Shown here one piece after another: positions 28,071 through 39,226 of a stretch of 64,000 bases of DNA; position 1 is the stretch's first letter; each line of letters begins with the position of its first letter. The position numbers were made by a program, and so were the translations under genes. The notes under the pieces were generated by a model. The model had not been told where the DNA came from. It saw only the letters and a list, made by a program, of their open reading frames with translations, and did not search any database. Location of the stretch: NCBI RefSeq assembly GCF_024298765.1, contig NZ_CP101210.1. The stretch is one strand, 5' to 3'. This DNA comes from Escherichia coli. GTDB lineage: Bacteria > Pseudomonadota > Gammaproteobacteria > Enterobacterales > Enterobacteriaceae.

Positions 28071-29009
28071 TCAGCGACTCAACTGGCTAATCAGGGCAGG
28101 GACGACTTTGTAGATATCGCCCACCAGACCGTAGTCGGCATAGTTGAAGATTGGCGCATTTTTATCTTTATTAATGGCGACAATCACTTTTGCGCCGTTG
28201 CCGCCAACCATATGCTGGATCTGCCCGGAGATCCCCAGCGTCAGGTAGAGATCGGATTTCAGCAACACGCCGGAGACACCGATATAACGTTCACGCTCCA
28301 TCCAGTTCTCGCCTTCGGCAATTGGACGTGAACAGCCGACTTCAGCATTCAGCACCGCCGCCAGTTCGTGGACCATTTTCAGGTCATCCTGCGCTGCCAG
28401 ACCACGACCGACGCCAACCACACGTTTTGCTTTGCTCAGGTCCACGCTGCTTGCCGCTTTCGCACGGCGTTCGCGACAGAGAATTTCATGACGCGGGGCA
28501 ACATAAGGTACCGTTTCTGTCGGACACTGATTAGAGGTATCACTGGTGCACGGTTCCTGAACACCGGGCGCAAGGGTAATGATCGCCAGCGGGCTATTGA
28601 TCTTTTCCTGTGCGAACGCTAACCCGCCATACATCCGGTGTTCGGCGCAAATGTGACCATCGACAATATCCACCGCAGTGGCATCGTTCACCAGCGCCGC
28701 ATTCAGTTGCACACTTAACCGTGCAGCCAGAGCTTTACCGCGTTTCGTCGCGGCCAGCAGCAACATAGAAGGGTGTTTATCTTTCAGCAGGGCAGCAATG
28801 CTTTCGGCGTAATTTTCAGTACGTTGCAGCGCGTCGTTTTGCGCAAGAACATAAATGCATTTTGGCCCATAAGGCATAACTGTCTGCGCCTGGTCGGTAT
28901 TTTGTACAATGGCATACACCTGTTGGCCCCATTGCTGAGCGCCGCCAAACAGTTCAGCATAACGTTCAGGATTATCGCTAAAGACCCAGACGCTGTTTAA
29001 TTGACTCAT
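28071..29009 (-). CDS. ydiR: Electron transfer flavoprotein alpha subunit YdiR (FixB-like), 312 aa
   Basis: 312-aa ORF; ETF-alpha family; matches YdiR. Confidence 0.9.
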   Translation of the reverse strand: MSQLNSVWVFSDNPERYAELFGGAQQWGQQVYAIVQNTDQAQTVMPYGPKCIYVLAQNDALQRTENYAESIAALLKDKHPSMLLLAATKRGKALAARLSVQLNAALVNDATAVDIVDGHICAEHRMYGGLAFAQEKINSPLAIITLAPGVQEPCTSDTSNQCPTETVPYVAPRHEILCRERRAKAASSVDLSKAKRVVGVGRGLAAQDDLKMVHELAAVLNAEVGCSRPIAEGENWMERERYIGVSGVLLKSDLYLTLGISGQIQHMVGGNGAKVIVAINKDKNAPIFNYADYGLVGDIYKVVPALISQLSR

Positions 29010-29028
29010 CGTTTCTTCTCCGTAGGCT

Positions 29029-29793
29029 TCAGTTCAGGGCTTTCTTCAGATGTTCCGCCAGCTCGGCAATGGCCTCCGGCGAATCGTTATCGAGAATGAT
29101 GTGCTTACGTTCTGTTTGCGGCGGTACGCGAATGCCGGTCAGTTCAGCAAGTGGTGCGCTCTGGCTCCAGCCAATATCACTTGCCTGCCACTGATTTACC
29201 GGTTTTTTACCCGCGCCGAGGATGGCTTTCATCGAAGGAATACGTGGTACGTTAATATCGGAGGTGACGCAGAGCACGGCTGGAACAGAGAGTTCAATAA
29301 CTTCAACATCATCTTCAAGCGTGCGTTCAATCACCAGTGTATTGCCCTGACGCTGAATGGCACTCACTGCATTAATCACCGGAAGTTGCAGAATTTCTCC
29401 GACCAGCAAGCCAACCTGCTGGGCATAAAGGTCGCCGGAACCTTCACCAAAGATCAGTAAATCGAAGCCGATCTTTTCAACTGCTGTCGCCAGCGCCTTT
29501 GCGGTATCGAGAGGCAGTGCATGCTCAAGTTGTGCATCCTGCACCATATACAGGCTGTGCGGCCCGCGGGATAGCACGTCTTTGCGCACTTTCGAGTTCT
29601 GCAACAAAGAGCCGCCGACGGTCAGCGCGGCTATCTCATCGTCATCTGTTGCAAGCTGGCTTGCAGCTTCAATGGCATTGAGATCGAACTGGCTGATTTT
29701 GGCGTCGGCATTGTCGAAATTCAGGGTATATTCTGGAGTGACAACAATGTCCTGTTCTTCAGGCACCAGCTTAAAGCAGGTTATTATTTTCAT
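29029..29793 (-). CDS. ydiQ: Electron transfer flavoprotein beta subunit YdiQ (FixA-like), 254 aa
   Basis: MKIITCFKLVPEEQDIVV...; GGAGAAATC Shine-Dalgarno upstream of the ATG at 29793; the supplied ORF has a spurious 33-aa 5' extension. Confidence 0.9.
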   Translation of the reverse strand: MKIITCFKLVPEEQDIVVTPEYTLNFDNADAKISQFDLNAIEAASQLATDDDEIAALTVGGSLLQNSKVRKDVLSRGPHSLYMVQDAQLEHALPLDTAKALATAVEKIGFDLLIFGEGSGDLYAQQVGLLVGEILQLPVINAVSAIQRQGNTLVIERTLEDDVEVIELSVPAVLCVTSDINVPRIPSMKAILGAGKKPVNQWQASDIGWSQSAPLAELTGIRVPPQTERKHIILDNDSPEAIAELAEHLKKALN

Positions 29794-30108
29794 GATTTCT
29801 CCTGTGAGTCGCATACGGAACCATCTCCGATGGAAGGTAAAAATGGCCTGAAAATAGTGTGCGATAGCGGTGCGGGGTTTTCGACGGAGCAAGCTGTTTT
29901 CCTTGCCAACAATCTTGCAAAAAAAATGCGATCGCTAAAACAAAAGTGCAATTTGCGGCAATGTTGTTATTCCATGACCGTACAATCTTGCATTCAGTGT
30001 AAATAATCTTGTTTAGCTCTCGCTAAACGCGGTTGTATAACCGCAATACACGCCGTATTTTATCCGGCATATATTGTTTTTGCTTGCTCATGGAATAGGG
30101 AGGTTGTC

Positions 30109-31020
30109 ATGTATCAACGCTGTTTTGATAACGCCAGCGAAACGCTGTTTGTCGCCGGTAAAACGCCACGGCTTTCACGTTTTGCATTTAGCGATGATCC
30201 AAAATGGGAGTCCGGACATCACGTTCATGACAATGAAACCGAGTTGATTTACGTCAAGAAAGGGGTAGCAAGGTTTACCATCGATTCTTCGTTATATGTC
30301 GCGCATGCCGATGACATTGTGGTGATAGAACGTGGCAGGTTGCATGCGGTGGCCTCTGACGTTAACGATCCAGCAACGACGTGTACCTGTGCGCTGTACG
30401 GCTTTCAGTTTCAGGGGGCTGAGGAAAATCAGCTACTGCAACCGCATTCTTGCCCGGTAATTGCCGCAGGGCAGGGAAAAGAAGTCATTAAAACCTTATT
30501 TAATGAGCTAAGTGTGATTTTGCCGCAAAGTAAAAATAGCCAAACATCTTCGTTATGGGACGCATTTGCCTATACGTTAGCAATTCTTTACTATGAAAAC
30601 TTTAAAAATGCTTATCGTTCGGAGCAGGGGTATATTAAAAAAGATGTTCTGATAAAAGATATTCTTTTCTATCTGAATAATAATTATCGCGAAAAAATCA
30701 CTTTAGAGCAGTTATCGAAAAAGTTTCGTGCCAGCGTCAGTTATATTTGCCATGAATTTACCAAAGAGTATCGCATTTCCCCTATTAACTATGTTATTCA
30801 ACGGCGTATGACGGAAGCGAAATGGTCACTCACTAATACTGAATTATCACAGGCAGAGATCTCCTGGCGTGTGGGTTATGAAAATGTCGATCACTTTGCC
30901 AAACTGTTTTTGCGCCATGTCGGCTGTTCGCCCAGCGATTACCGCAGGCAATTTAAAAACTGTTTTGCGGAACAAGAAATCCTATCTGAATTTCCTCAAC
31001 CAGTAAGTCTTGCCGGATAA
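30109..31020 (+). CDS. ydiP: AraC-family transcriptional regulator YdiP (303 aa)
   Basis: C-terminal AraC-type HTH; divergent from ydiQRST. Confidence 0.88.
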   Translation: MYQRCFDNASETLFVAGKTPRLSRFAFSDDPKWESGHHVHDNETELIYVKKGVARFTIDSSLYVAHADDIVVIERGRLHAVASDVNDPATTCTCALYGFQFQGAEENQLLQPHSCPVIAAGQGKEVIKTLFNELSVILPQSKNSQTSSLWDAFAYTLAILYYENFKNAYRSEQGYIKKDVLIKDILFYLNNNYREKITLEQLSKKFRASVSYICHEFTKEYRISPINYVIQRRMTEAKWSLTNTELSQAEISWRVGYENVDHFAKLFLRHVGCSPSDYRRQFKNCFAEQEILSEFPQPVSLAG

Positions 31021-31024
31021 ATCT

Positions 31025-31056
31025 GGCGGCGCAGTTTGTTAAGAAGCTGCGCCGCC
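31025..31056. terminator. Bidirectional terminator between convergent ydiP and ydiO
   Basis: GGCGGCGCAG...CTGCGCCGCC inverted repeat. Confidence 0.55.
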
Positions 31057-31062
31057 TGCAGA

Positions 31063-32214
31063 TTATTTGTTCTGATAATCTTTCAGGATCTGCCGACCTG
31101 CTACGTAAATCATAATTTCGTCTGTACCGCCGCCGATACGTTCACAACGGACATCACGCCAGAAGCGGGAGACGCGCGCCTCATCGGTATAGCCCAGACC
31201 GCCCATGATTTGAATCGCATCATCAATGACTTCCATTGCGGTACGTGCGCAGTACAGTTTTGCCAGCGCCGCGCTGGTGCGCAGTGACTGATGCTGATCG
31301 GCTTGCCATGCCACTTTCAACACCATGTTGCGCATGTTGTCGATCTTAATCGCCATCAGCGCCAGTTTTTCCTGGATCATCTGGTTATGACCAATGGGCT
31401 TACCAAAAGCGATACGCTGGTTGGCATAGCGGGCGGCATCTTCGAATGCGCATTCGGCAAAGCCGGTGCTGCGCGCGGCGTTGATCAGGCGCTCCATCTC
31501 AAAGTTGTACATCACATTGAGGAAACCCATTCCTTCTTCGCCCACCATGTCGCTCTCTTCAACTTCCACGTTGTCGAGATAGACTTCGCAGGTGCTGAGC
31601 ATATGCCAGCCGATTTTATGCAGCGGGTTAATCTTAATGCCGGGCTTACTGGAGTCGACCCACCACAGGGTGAAGGCCTTTTTCGGATCTTTCGGTTCTG
31701 GATCGCGCGCCAGCACCAGCATATACGGGTACTCTTTCGCACCGGTAATAAAGGTTTTCTGGCCGTTGATGTAAACCTTGCCGTTTTTACGCGTGTAAGT
31801 GGTGGTGGCGCTGTTGTTATCTGAGCCTGCGCCTGGTTCCGTCAATGCCAGGGCATAGGCGGGATCACCCGTTTCCAGGGTGCTTTCCGCCGTTTTACGT
31901 AGCTGCTCTGCAGAACCGAAACGGCGCATACTGTGAATACATTGACCGTTGGTGATCAAAAATGCCGGGGCACCGCATTTTGACACTTCCATCAGCGCCA
32001 GCATTTGGGTGACGTAATCCGCAGGGATACCACCAAATTCTTCCGGCACGCCAAGCATGGAAATACCGTTATCCGCCAGTGCCCGCATAAATTCACGCGG
32101 GTATGTCCCGTTTTGATCGCAGGTGCGGAAATACTCTTCCGGAAAGTTAGTCGTAATCAGTTCGCGAATACTGGCCAGCAGCAGTTCTTGTTCTTCAGTT
32201 AAAGAAAAATCCAT
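31063..32214 (-). CDS. ydiO: Acyl-CoA dehydrogenase YdiO (383 aa)
   Basis: MDFSLTEEQELLLASIRELITTNFPEEY...; acyl-CoA dehydrogenase family; start at 32214 (the supplied ORF has an 18-aa extension that overlaps ydiF). Confidence 0.9.
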   Translation of the reverse strand: MDFSLTEEQELLLASIRELITTNFPEEYFRTCDQNGTYPREFMRALADNGISMLGVPEEFGGIPADYVTQMLALMEVSKCGAPAFLITNGQCIHSMRRFGSAEQLRKTAESTLETGDPAYALALTEPGAGSDNNSATTTYTRKNGKVYINGQKTFITGAKEYPYMLVLARDPEPKDPKKAFTLWWVDSSKPGIKINPLHKIGWHMLSTCEVYLDNVEVEESDMVGEEGMGFLNVMYNFEMERLINAARSTGFAECAFEDAARYANQRIAFGKPIGHNQMIQEKLALMAIKIDNMRNMVLKVAWQADQHQSLRTSAALAKLYCARTAMEVIDDAIQIMGGLGYTDEARVSRFWRDVRCERIGGGTDEIMIYVAGRQILKDYQNK

Positions 32215-32227
32215 CATTATACTCCTG

Positions 32228-33823
32228 TTAATGAGCCGCTTCAGGCAGGACAAAACCCATCGCCGCATCGATAAATAATCTTTCGTCCATCAGTTTGAGT
32301 TCTGGCGAAATCACTGGGGTGAAATCCATTTTGTCGAGAATATCTTTTTGTAAATCGACGCCAGGAGCGATTTCGATTAAATGCAGGCCGTCTTCTTTCA
32401 GCGTGAATACGGCGCGCTCAGTGATATAACGAACATCCAGCCCTCGCTCGAGCGCGATTTTTCCGCTAAAAGTAATTTCTGGTAGTTCCCGAATAAATTT
32501 CTTCACCCGTCCTTCCTGGACGATATTTAATTTGCCGTCGGTAATTTCTGTTTTTAAACTGCCCGCAGTTAATGTGCCGCAGAAAACGATTTTCTTCGAA
32601 GTGGCACTGATATCAATAAATCCACCGGTGCCCATGATTTTACCATTGAATTTATGCACGCCGACGTTACCGTGCTGGTCGACTTCAGCAAAACTCAAAT
32701 AACAAACATCCAGACCACCACCGTGATAAAAATCAAACTGGGACGTCATATCCAGAATGGCGCGGGTATTCACGTTCGCGCCAAAGGCGATCCCCTGTGA
32801 AGTAATACCGCCAATCGGACCTGTTTCTACCGTCAGAATAAAGTCATCAGCACAACCTTCTTCCCGGGCGACCAGGCCAATGCCGTCAGCAATACCGACG
32901 CCGACATTCCCCACTGCGCCTTTGCGCATTTCGAATAATGCACGCCGTGCAACTAATTTACGTTGGTTTAGGGGCAGGCTAAGTTTGGTGCTGTCATCAA
33001 GGGTGAAGTCACCAGAAATAAAGCGGTTAACCGGCGCTCCGCCATACAGTTGGGTTTGATCCGGATCGACCACCACAATATCCACCAGATAACCCGGAAT
33101 ACGGACAGATTTAGGATGCAGCGTGGCTTTCTTAACCATTTTCTGCACCTGCATCATCACAATACCGCCGTTATTGTGCACCGCCTGAGCAATAACCAAT
33201 GCGTCGAGATACATCACCTCATCTTCAAAAGTGGCGTAGCCTTCGCTGTCGCAGGTGGTAGCGCGAATGAAGGCGATATCTGGCGCTATCGCTTTGTAAT
33301 AGAGATATTCTTGGTTATCAAACTCGACCAGTTTAATCAGGTCTTCTTTAGTGACTTCATTCAGTTTGCCGCCTTGCTGGCGTGGATCGACAAATGTTCC
33401 GATGCCAATATCACTAATAATACCAGGCTGGTGGGCTGCGGCGGCGCGTAAGGTTTGTGTAAGTACACCTTGTGGATAGTTATAAGCAATAATTTTATTT
33501 TGTTCTGCGAGATCAGAAATACGCGGCGATTGTCCCCAGTGACCGCATAATGCCCATTTCACCAGGCCTTCTTGCGCCAGCGGACTAATACCACGGTCGG
33601 CGCGATCGCCAAGCCCTGTTGGACTAATAATCGATAAATTACGTGGTGTTTGAGTCTGTTTATATTTATCAGCAAGAGCAGTAATTAACGTGGTGGCTTC
33701 CAGAATACCGCCGCCAGCGCCTAACACACAAAGTGTTGCTTCGTCGGGAATATAATTCACCGCTTCCTGTGCCGACAGGACCGGCACTCGTCCATTAATG
33801 CGAGGTGGTTTTACAGGTTTCAT
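32228..33823 (-). CDS. ydiF: Acyl-CoA:acetate CoA-transferase YdiF (531 aa)
   Basis: 531-aa ORF; family I CoA-transferase fused alpha/beta; matches YdiF. Confidence 0.9.
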   Translation of the reverse strand: MKPVKPPRINGRVPVLSAQEAVNYIPDEATLCVLGAGGGILEATTLITALADKYKQTQTPRNLSIISPTGLGDRADRGISPLAQEGLVKWALCGHWGQSPRISDLAEQNKIIAYNYPQGVLTQTLRAAAAHQPGIISDIGIGTFVDPRQQGGKLNEVTKEDLIKLVEFDNQEYLYYKAIAPDIAFIRATTCDSEGYATFEDEVMYLDALVIAQAVHNNGGIVMMQVQKMVKKATLHPKSVRIPGYLVDIVVVDPDQTQLYGGAPVNRFISGDFTLDDSTKLSLPLNQRKLVARRALFEMRKGAVGNVGVGIADGIGLVAREEGCADDFILTVETGPIGGITSQGIAFGANVNTRAILDMTSQFDFYHGGGLDVCYLSFAEVDQHGNVGVHKFNGKIMGTGGFIDISATSKKIVFCGTLTAGSLKTEITDGKLNIVQEGRVKKFIRELPEITFSGKIALERGLDVRYITERAVFTLKEDGLHLIEIAPGVDLQKDILDKMDFTPVISPELKLMDERLFIDAAMGFVLPEAAH

Positions 33824-33968
33824 TGTTAATTCCTGATTCAGGTGTGATTTTCCCTACGCCAGATGGAGAATTAGCGCACAGAGACTCACAAAATATTTTT
33901 ATTAAATACGGTTAAATATATTTTTTTTAGTTCGGCGGGGGAGGATATTCCCGCCGAAATATTATTGC

Positions 33969-34727
33969 TTATGCCTGATGTAAAATAGTTAATACTGTGC
34001 GCAAATCATTTACCGAGATTTGCCCTGGTGCAGAGGCTTTTTTTACCGCACCAAAAGTTGCCGCCGAGCCAAATACTTCACCAGCCAGACGAGAAATTAC
34101 GCCAGTTTTTGCCATCGACATCGTGATGATTGGACGATCGGCATACTGCTCCTGCATCTCCAGGGTCGCGGCAAGCAACGTCAGCACATCGCTGGTACTT
34201 TGCGGCATCAGCGCAATCTTAGGAATATCGGCGTCGAAGGATTGCATTTTGCGCAGACGGGCAATGATTTCTTCGGCTTCCGGCGTTTTATGGAAGTCAT
34301 GGTTGGACATGACAACTTTCACATCATGCGCGTGGGCGTAGGCGACGGTTTCTTTAACCTGATCATCGCCGGTAAATAACTCCAGATCGATCATATCAAC
34401 CAGGCCGCTGTCGATGGCTGCACGATTGAGTGCAATATAAGCCTCGGTGGAAATCGCCTGCTCGCCGCCTTCTTTGGCACTGCGGAAGGTAAACAGCAGC
34501 GGTTTTTCTGGCATGGTTTCACGGAGAATTTTTGCTGCCGCTATGACAGACTCCACATTGGAGAGATCGGCATAGTGGTCCACACGCCATTCCAGAATAT
34601 CAAAGTCCGCTTCACGATAGGCGAGAGCTTCGGATTTCACGCTGGCGATATCTTTCGCCATCAGCGAGACGATGATTTTAGGTGCGCCCGTACCAATGAC
34701 GAGATCTTTTACAGTTACGGTTTTCAT
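33969..34727 (-). CDS. aroD: 3-dehydroquinate dehydratase, type I (252 aa)
   Basis: [52 protein letters not shown]... matches AroD. Confidence 0.95.
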
Positions 34728-34757
34728 TTTTTACCCTTTCTGCACGCGGTCAGCCTG

Positions 34758-35624
34758 TCAGGCACCGAACCCCATGACCTGTTTAACATATTCCAGAGGG
34801 AAATCTTTGCCAGTCCATAACGTGAACTGTTCAGCCCCTTGCCACAACAACATGCCGTATCCATCAATCGTTTTGCAACCAGCTTGTTGCGCCTGCTGCA
34901 ATAACTTCGTCATATGCGGGTTATACACGCATTCAGTGACCAGAAGTCCCGGATGTAACAGACTGATATCATTAACCAATGATTCATTCTCAAGGGGTTT
35001 CATGCCCACTTTTGTGCCATTGGTTAAAATGTCGGCGGACGCCAGGGCTTCAGCAAAGGCTTGCTGATCGGCGAGATCGGTAACCGTGACGACACAATCG
35101 GTGTTTTCGTTAACCCGCTGCGCGAAGGCGAGGGCTTTATCGAAGAACTCATCCCGACGGTTAAAGAGTTTAATTTCTTTTAAACCTTCAATTGCCCCCT
35201 GCGCGCCAATTGCCGTTGAGGCACCACCGGCCCCTAATAGCACCATCGTTTTGCCTTTGATATCAAAACCGCTCTCTTTAATGGCGCGAATATGACCCGT
35301 GCCGTCGGTGTTATAGCCACGCAGATAGCCATCATCATTAACGATGGTGTTGATGGCACCCACCAGTTTGGCCGCTGGCGTTAATTCATCAACATATTCA
35401 CACGCCAGTTGTTTGTTCGGCATCGACACACCAGTTCCGCGCATTTTGAGGGCTTTTAATCCTTCAATTGCTCCGGGAAAACTATCGTTATCCACTTCAA
35501 AGGCCATATAGGTAAATGGCAATCCCGCTTTTTCTAAGGCTTTATTCTGCATTTCGGGCGATAAACTGTGGCGGATGGGATAGGCCATCAACCCAATCAA
35601 TTCGTATTTTGCGGTAACATCCAT
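34758..35624 (-). CDS. ydiB: Quinate/shikimate dehydrogenase YdiB (288 aa)
   Basis: [44 protein letters not shown]... matches YdiB. Confidence 0.93.
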
Positions 35625-35635
35625 AATTAACTCCT

Positions 35636-36907
35636 TTAACCTCTATGCTTAATTGTGTTTAACCGGGTGCTAAATTTATGCTCGCCAAACCGCACATCAT
35701 TTTCAGGAATAATGAAAACGCGATAATAGCGGATAAAAACAATAATTGCGGTAATCAGGGCCAGCAGCGCGAAAGTAAAATCGAGAGCGATGATATATTG
35801 CAGGCCGATGTTCGACAGATAACCGGTAATCAGCGGAATAACAAAGTTAGCCAGTCCACCCATCATCATATAAATACTGGTGACTTTGGCTTTGCTTTTG
35901 GGGAAAAACTCTGACATGACCGAAACGCCGAGCTGTAAAATGCCGCCAGCTGCTGAGAAACCGATAACAAAGGCTCCGGCATTACACACCAGTGGAGAAG
36001 GGTACAGGTAGATAATGGCTGCTGTTATTGTTGCCAGTGCAGAGTTAAATACATTAGCCCAGATGGGCCGGACCATTTTTTTCAGTAGTGCGGCAAAAAT
36101 AAAGACACAGACCAACGAGCCCATACTGTAATAAGAGATGGTTTTTAATGCTTCAGCTTCTGACATACCAGCAAAAGCCATCGCATATTTGGGCATCCAC
36201 ACCACAATCACATAAAAGGTCGCGAATGCGGCTACACCGAACAGTACCGATGAAACACCTTCCAGCCAGACTAACGGTTTGCTGTTCATTTGCGGTAATT
36301 CATTAGCTACGCTGGCGTCCACCAACTGGCTGGGGAATTTGCTTTTCAACAGCATCAGCGTGATCAGTACAAACAGAATACCCGGAATAATCAGCCCATA
36401 GCCGTACCAGATGTTATTGAGCAACATATAGCTCACCAGCATTGGGTAGAACATTTGCCCGAATGACACCATCGCTTTAACCAGTATGACCGCCGAACCA
36501 GTGGCTTTCGGAAAGCATTCCATGAGCGCGGGGTAGCCACCCGTATCCAGCGCTGAATTAGCGATACCTACGCACACTGCCAGACAGTAGGCGAGAGTTA
36601 AATTCGGGCAAGCAGGAATACCAAAGAAGAATAGCAGATACATTATTACTGCCATTAATATCACCGCCCGACGACCAAACTTATCGGAGATCACACCGAA
36701 GAATAAAATACTGATCAATCGCCCCAAACCGATACCGGAAATTAAATAGGCAATGCCCGCGTTGTCAGTGGAAAACTTTTCTGCCAAAGATGTCATGTTT
36801 TGGGCAAGCGTAATAACACTAATGCCGTGCAGGAAATAGCTGAAGTAAATACAAAGAACAGCCAGGATAAATGGCGTGCTGAAAGCCTTATTTTGAGACA
36901 TTTTCAC
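35636..36907 (-). CDS. ydiN: MFS transporter YdiN
   Basis: 12-TM-like hydrophobic profile with MFS motif ([19 protein letters not shown]); start codon ambiguous within the first few residues. Confidence 0.85.
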
Positions 36908-37127
36908 AGCACCTTGCTGAAAGATAATTTCGTTACCGTACGTATTGTTCTCCGACGGTTTACATAATTACTATACTGAAGATGATTTTCCCTGGGTACA
37001 TGGCATAAAGTTTATGTTTCCAGGAATATTGCATGTCATAGTTTGTTTTTGATCGCGATTTTCCTTAGTTAGCGCAGAAAGAGTTATTTATCCGTAAGAT
37101 CTTGCATGACCTGAAAAGAATATTGCA

Positions 37128-38342
37128 TTACCCACCCGGAGCGACATTTTCCTTTAGCGAGTGATGCCGCGTTTCTTTGCGGCTGCGTAAGCCGATAAAC
37201 AGCGCCAGTAAAAAGCCGATGGCAGCGATGGCGGTATCGAACCACATAATATCGGCAATACTTCTTTGGGACAGATGAGCCGTAATCAACGGAATAGTAA
37301 AGGTCGCAATACTGCCCGCACTGTAATAGATCCCTGTAGCTTTACCTTTAGCGTAGGGGAAACGTTCAGCCATTAATGTCAGGCCAATTTGCACAACACC
37401 TCCAGCAGAGGTAAAACCAATGACAAAAGCAAATATTATCACCACATAAAATGTGGGATGCAGGCAGACGGTAAACAGAGCAATAAATGAGATAAAGGTG
37501 TACAGCATCAGTAATGTTGTTGGGCGAACGGTATTACGAATGAGTGGAGCGGTAATAAATACACAAAGCAGCGAACCCACGGTGTAGATACTGAGTAGTT
37601 TGATCGACATAGTGTATGACATGCCAGCAACAAATTGTCCGTATTGTGCCAGCCACTGGCTAACCAGATAAAACGTTGCCATTGAGATATAGCCATATAG
37701 GGAATAACTGGCTAAATCGATAATTGAACAGCGATGTTCCGTAGAGCTGGTGGTTTTCTTTATGACAGGTAAGCGACGACCCGGATGGGGTGGGAACGTA
37801 CAACGGCATAAAAACAGAGCGTTAATAAACATAATGCCTGCGGCAATCATAAAGGACCAACCGAACCACAGTTCAGCCCACACTAACAGGCTAATTATTA
37901 GCGGTAATAAAAATTGTCCGCTGGAAACAAATGCTTTAATTAAAATATTGGCTGTCCCAGGTGAGCGTGGAAAAGCTTCCATCAAACTGGGATAGGTGCC
38001 TGCATCGAGAAAACTGTTTGCCATTCCCGCCAGAAAGCCAAAAACATAAGCGATAATGATGTTATTGGTGTGCAGGATGCCAAAAAAGAAGGCCATATAG
38101 CAGCACATCCCGAGCATGATAAAAGGGCGGCGACCAAAGCGATCGGATAATAATCCTGCAAAAAGCAAGACACTTAATCGACCAATGCCCAGTGATGAGA
38201 TAACTATCGAGACGCCCGCGGCATTAGTCTGCCAAAGCGTCTCCAGCGAGGCCATATTCAGGCTCATCAAAATGACGCCCATACCATGCACCAGGTAATT
38301 AAAATACAACCCCAGTGCGGTAGGGTAATAGGGATTTTTCAT
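37128..38342 (-). CDS. ydiM: MFS transporter YdiM (404 aa)
   Basis: Paralogous to the adjacent ydiN; MFS motif GRLSVLLFAGLLSDRFGRR. Confidence 0.85.
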   Translation of the reverse strand: MKNPYYPTALGLYFNYLVHGMGVILMSLNMASLETLWQTNAAGVSIVISSLGIGRLSVLLFAGLLSDRFGRRPFIMLGMCCYMAFFFGILHTNNIIIAYVFGFLAGMANSFLDAGTYPSLMEAFPRSPGTANILIKAFVSSGQFLLPLIISLLVWAELWFGWSFMIAAGIMFINALFLCRCTFPPHPGRRLPVIKKTTSSTEHRCSIIDLASYSLYGYISMATFYLVSQWLAQYGQFVAGMSYTMSIKLLSIYTVGSLLCVFITAPLIRNTVRPTTLLMLYTFISFIALFTVCLHPTFYVVIIFAFVIGFTSAGGVVQIGLTLMAERFPYAKGKATGIYYSAGSIATFTIPLITAHLSQRSIADIMWFDTAIAAIGFLLALFIGLRSRKETRHHSLKENVAPGG

Positions 38343-38441
38343 AGGTTCTACTTAGCAAAGGTGCTTTAAAAAGTGTAGCGATGTTGTGTCAGTATCCGTT
38401 CATTATTGTTGTAACAAAGACAATTCCTTTCTGTGGAGAAA

Positions 38442-38798
38442 TTAACAAAGCCGCTCCAGATCGTGTGCATATAATTCAGCGGCTACCGATTGATAGATCT
38501 TCCAGTCAATAAAATTGCCATCAGGGTAGACTTGTTGAAACGCGGTTAAGTCGGGGAAAAAACGCATGGTGTTGTTGCCGATGCGGTTATTTATTTTCTC
38601 TATGATGGCATGAAGATGTTTTTTTCTTTGCTGACGCATAGCCAACAGTTGCTCGACTACACGATCAGGAATGGCGTATTTGCCATTTTCCCATTGACGC
38701 CAGCTTTCACTGTCACCGGTCTGGGCAATCCAGGTCGCGCATTCATCAATAGTCATGGCAAAAATATGGCGGAGTGCCTGGAGTTCATAAGCGTTCAT
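38442..38798 (-). CDS. ydiL: Uncharacterized protein YdiL (118 aa)
   Basis: MNAYELQALRHIFAMTIDECATWIAQ...; start set at the internal ATG (38798). Confidence 0.78.
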   Translation of the reverse strand: MNAYELQALRHIFAMTIDECATWIAQTGDSESWRQWENGKYAIPDRVVEQLLAMRQQRKKHLHAIIEKINNRIGNNTMRFFPDLTAFQQVYPDGNFIDWKIYQSVAAELYAHDLERLC

Positions 38799-38936
38799 CG
38801 TGTAATGGCTGCATGAAATAAACAATAAAATATAAATAACATTATCAGCCTGCTGACGGCTTGAAGAGAGTCACAGTATCTTGTGCAACATTATTGGAAA
38901 GCGTGAGGGGCGAGGTAGCGAAGCGGAAAAATGTTA

Positions 38937-39043
38937 AAAAAAAGCCCATCGTGGGAGATGGGCAAAGACTACACACAGCAATTCGTTGTTTCACTCAGGG
39001 GATTTCCATGCTTATAAATCAATATGTTGATTTATAACCGTGA
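38937..39043 (-). ncRNA. rprA: RprA small RNA (RpoS translational activator)
   Basis: Minus-strand reads ACGGUUAUAAAUCAACAUAUUGAUUUAUAAGCAUGGAAAUCCCCUGAGUGAAACAACGAAUUGCUGUGUGUAGUCUUUGCCCAUCUCCCACGAUGGGCUUUUUUUU, which matches RprA as I recall it, including the terminal hairpin and U-tract; lies between ydiL and ydiK. Confidence 0.88.
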
Positions 39044-39226
39044 GCTAATAGTAGGCATACGGACTTTTTGCGTCGATCAGATTCGTCTCATTAGTTTAAA
39101 AACTGTAAAGAATTTGCGACAGGTACTACCAGCTGAATGGCGGTAAGCAGGAAAATATGGGGAAGAGCAAGCAAATATCAATTAGCAGGGGTTAACAATC
39201 AGGCGGCAGAGCCGCCTGATGAGAAA

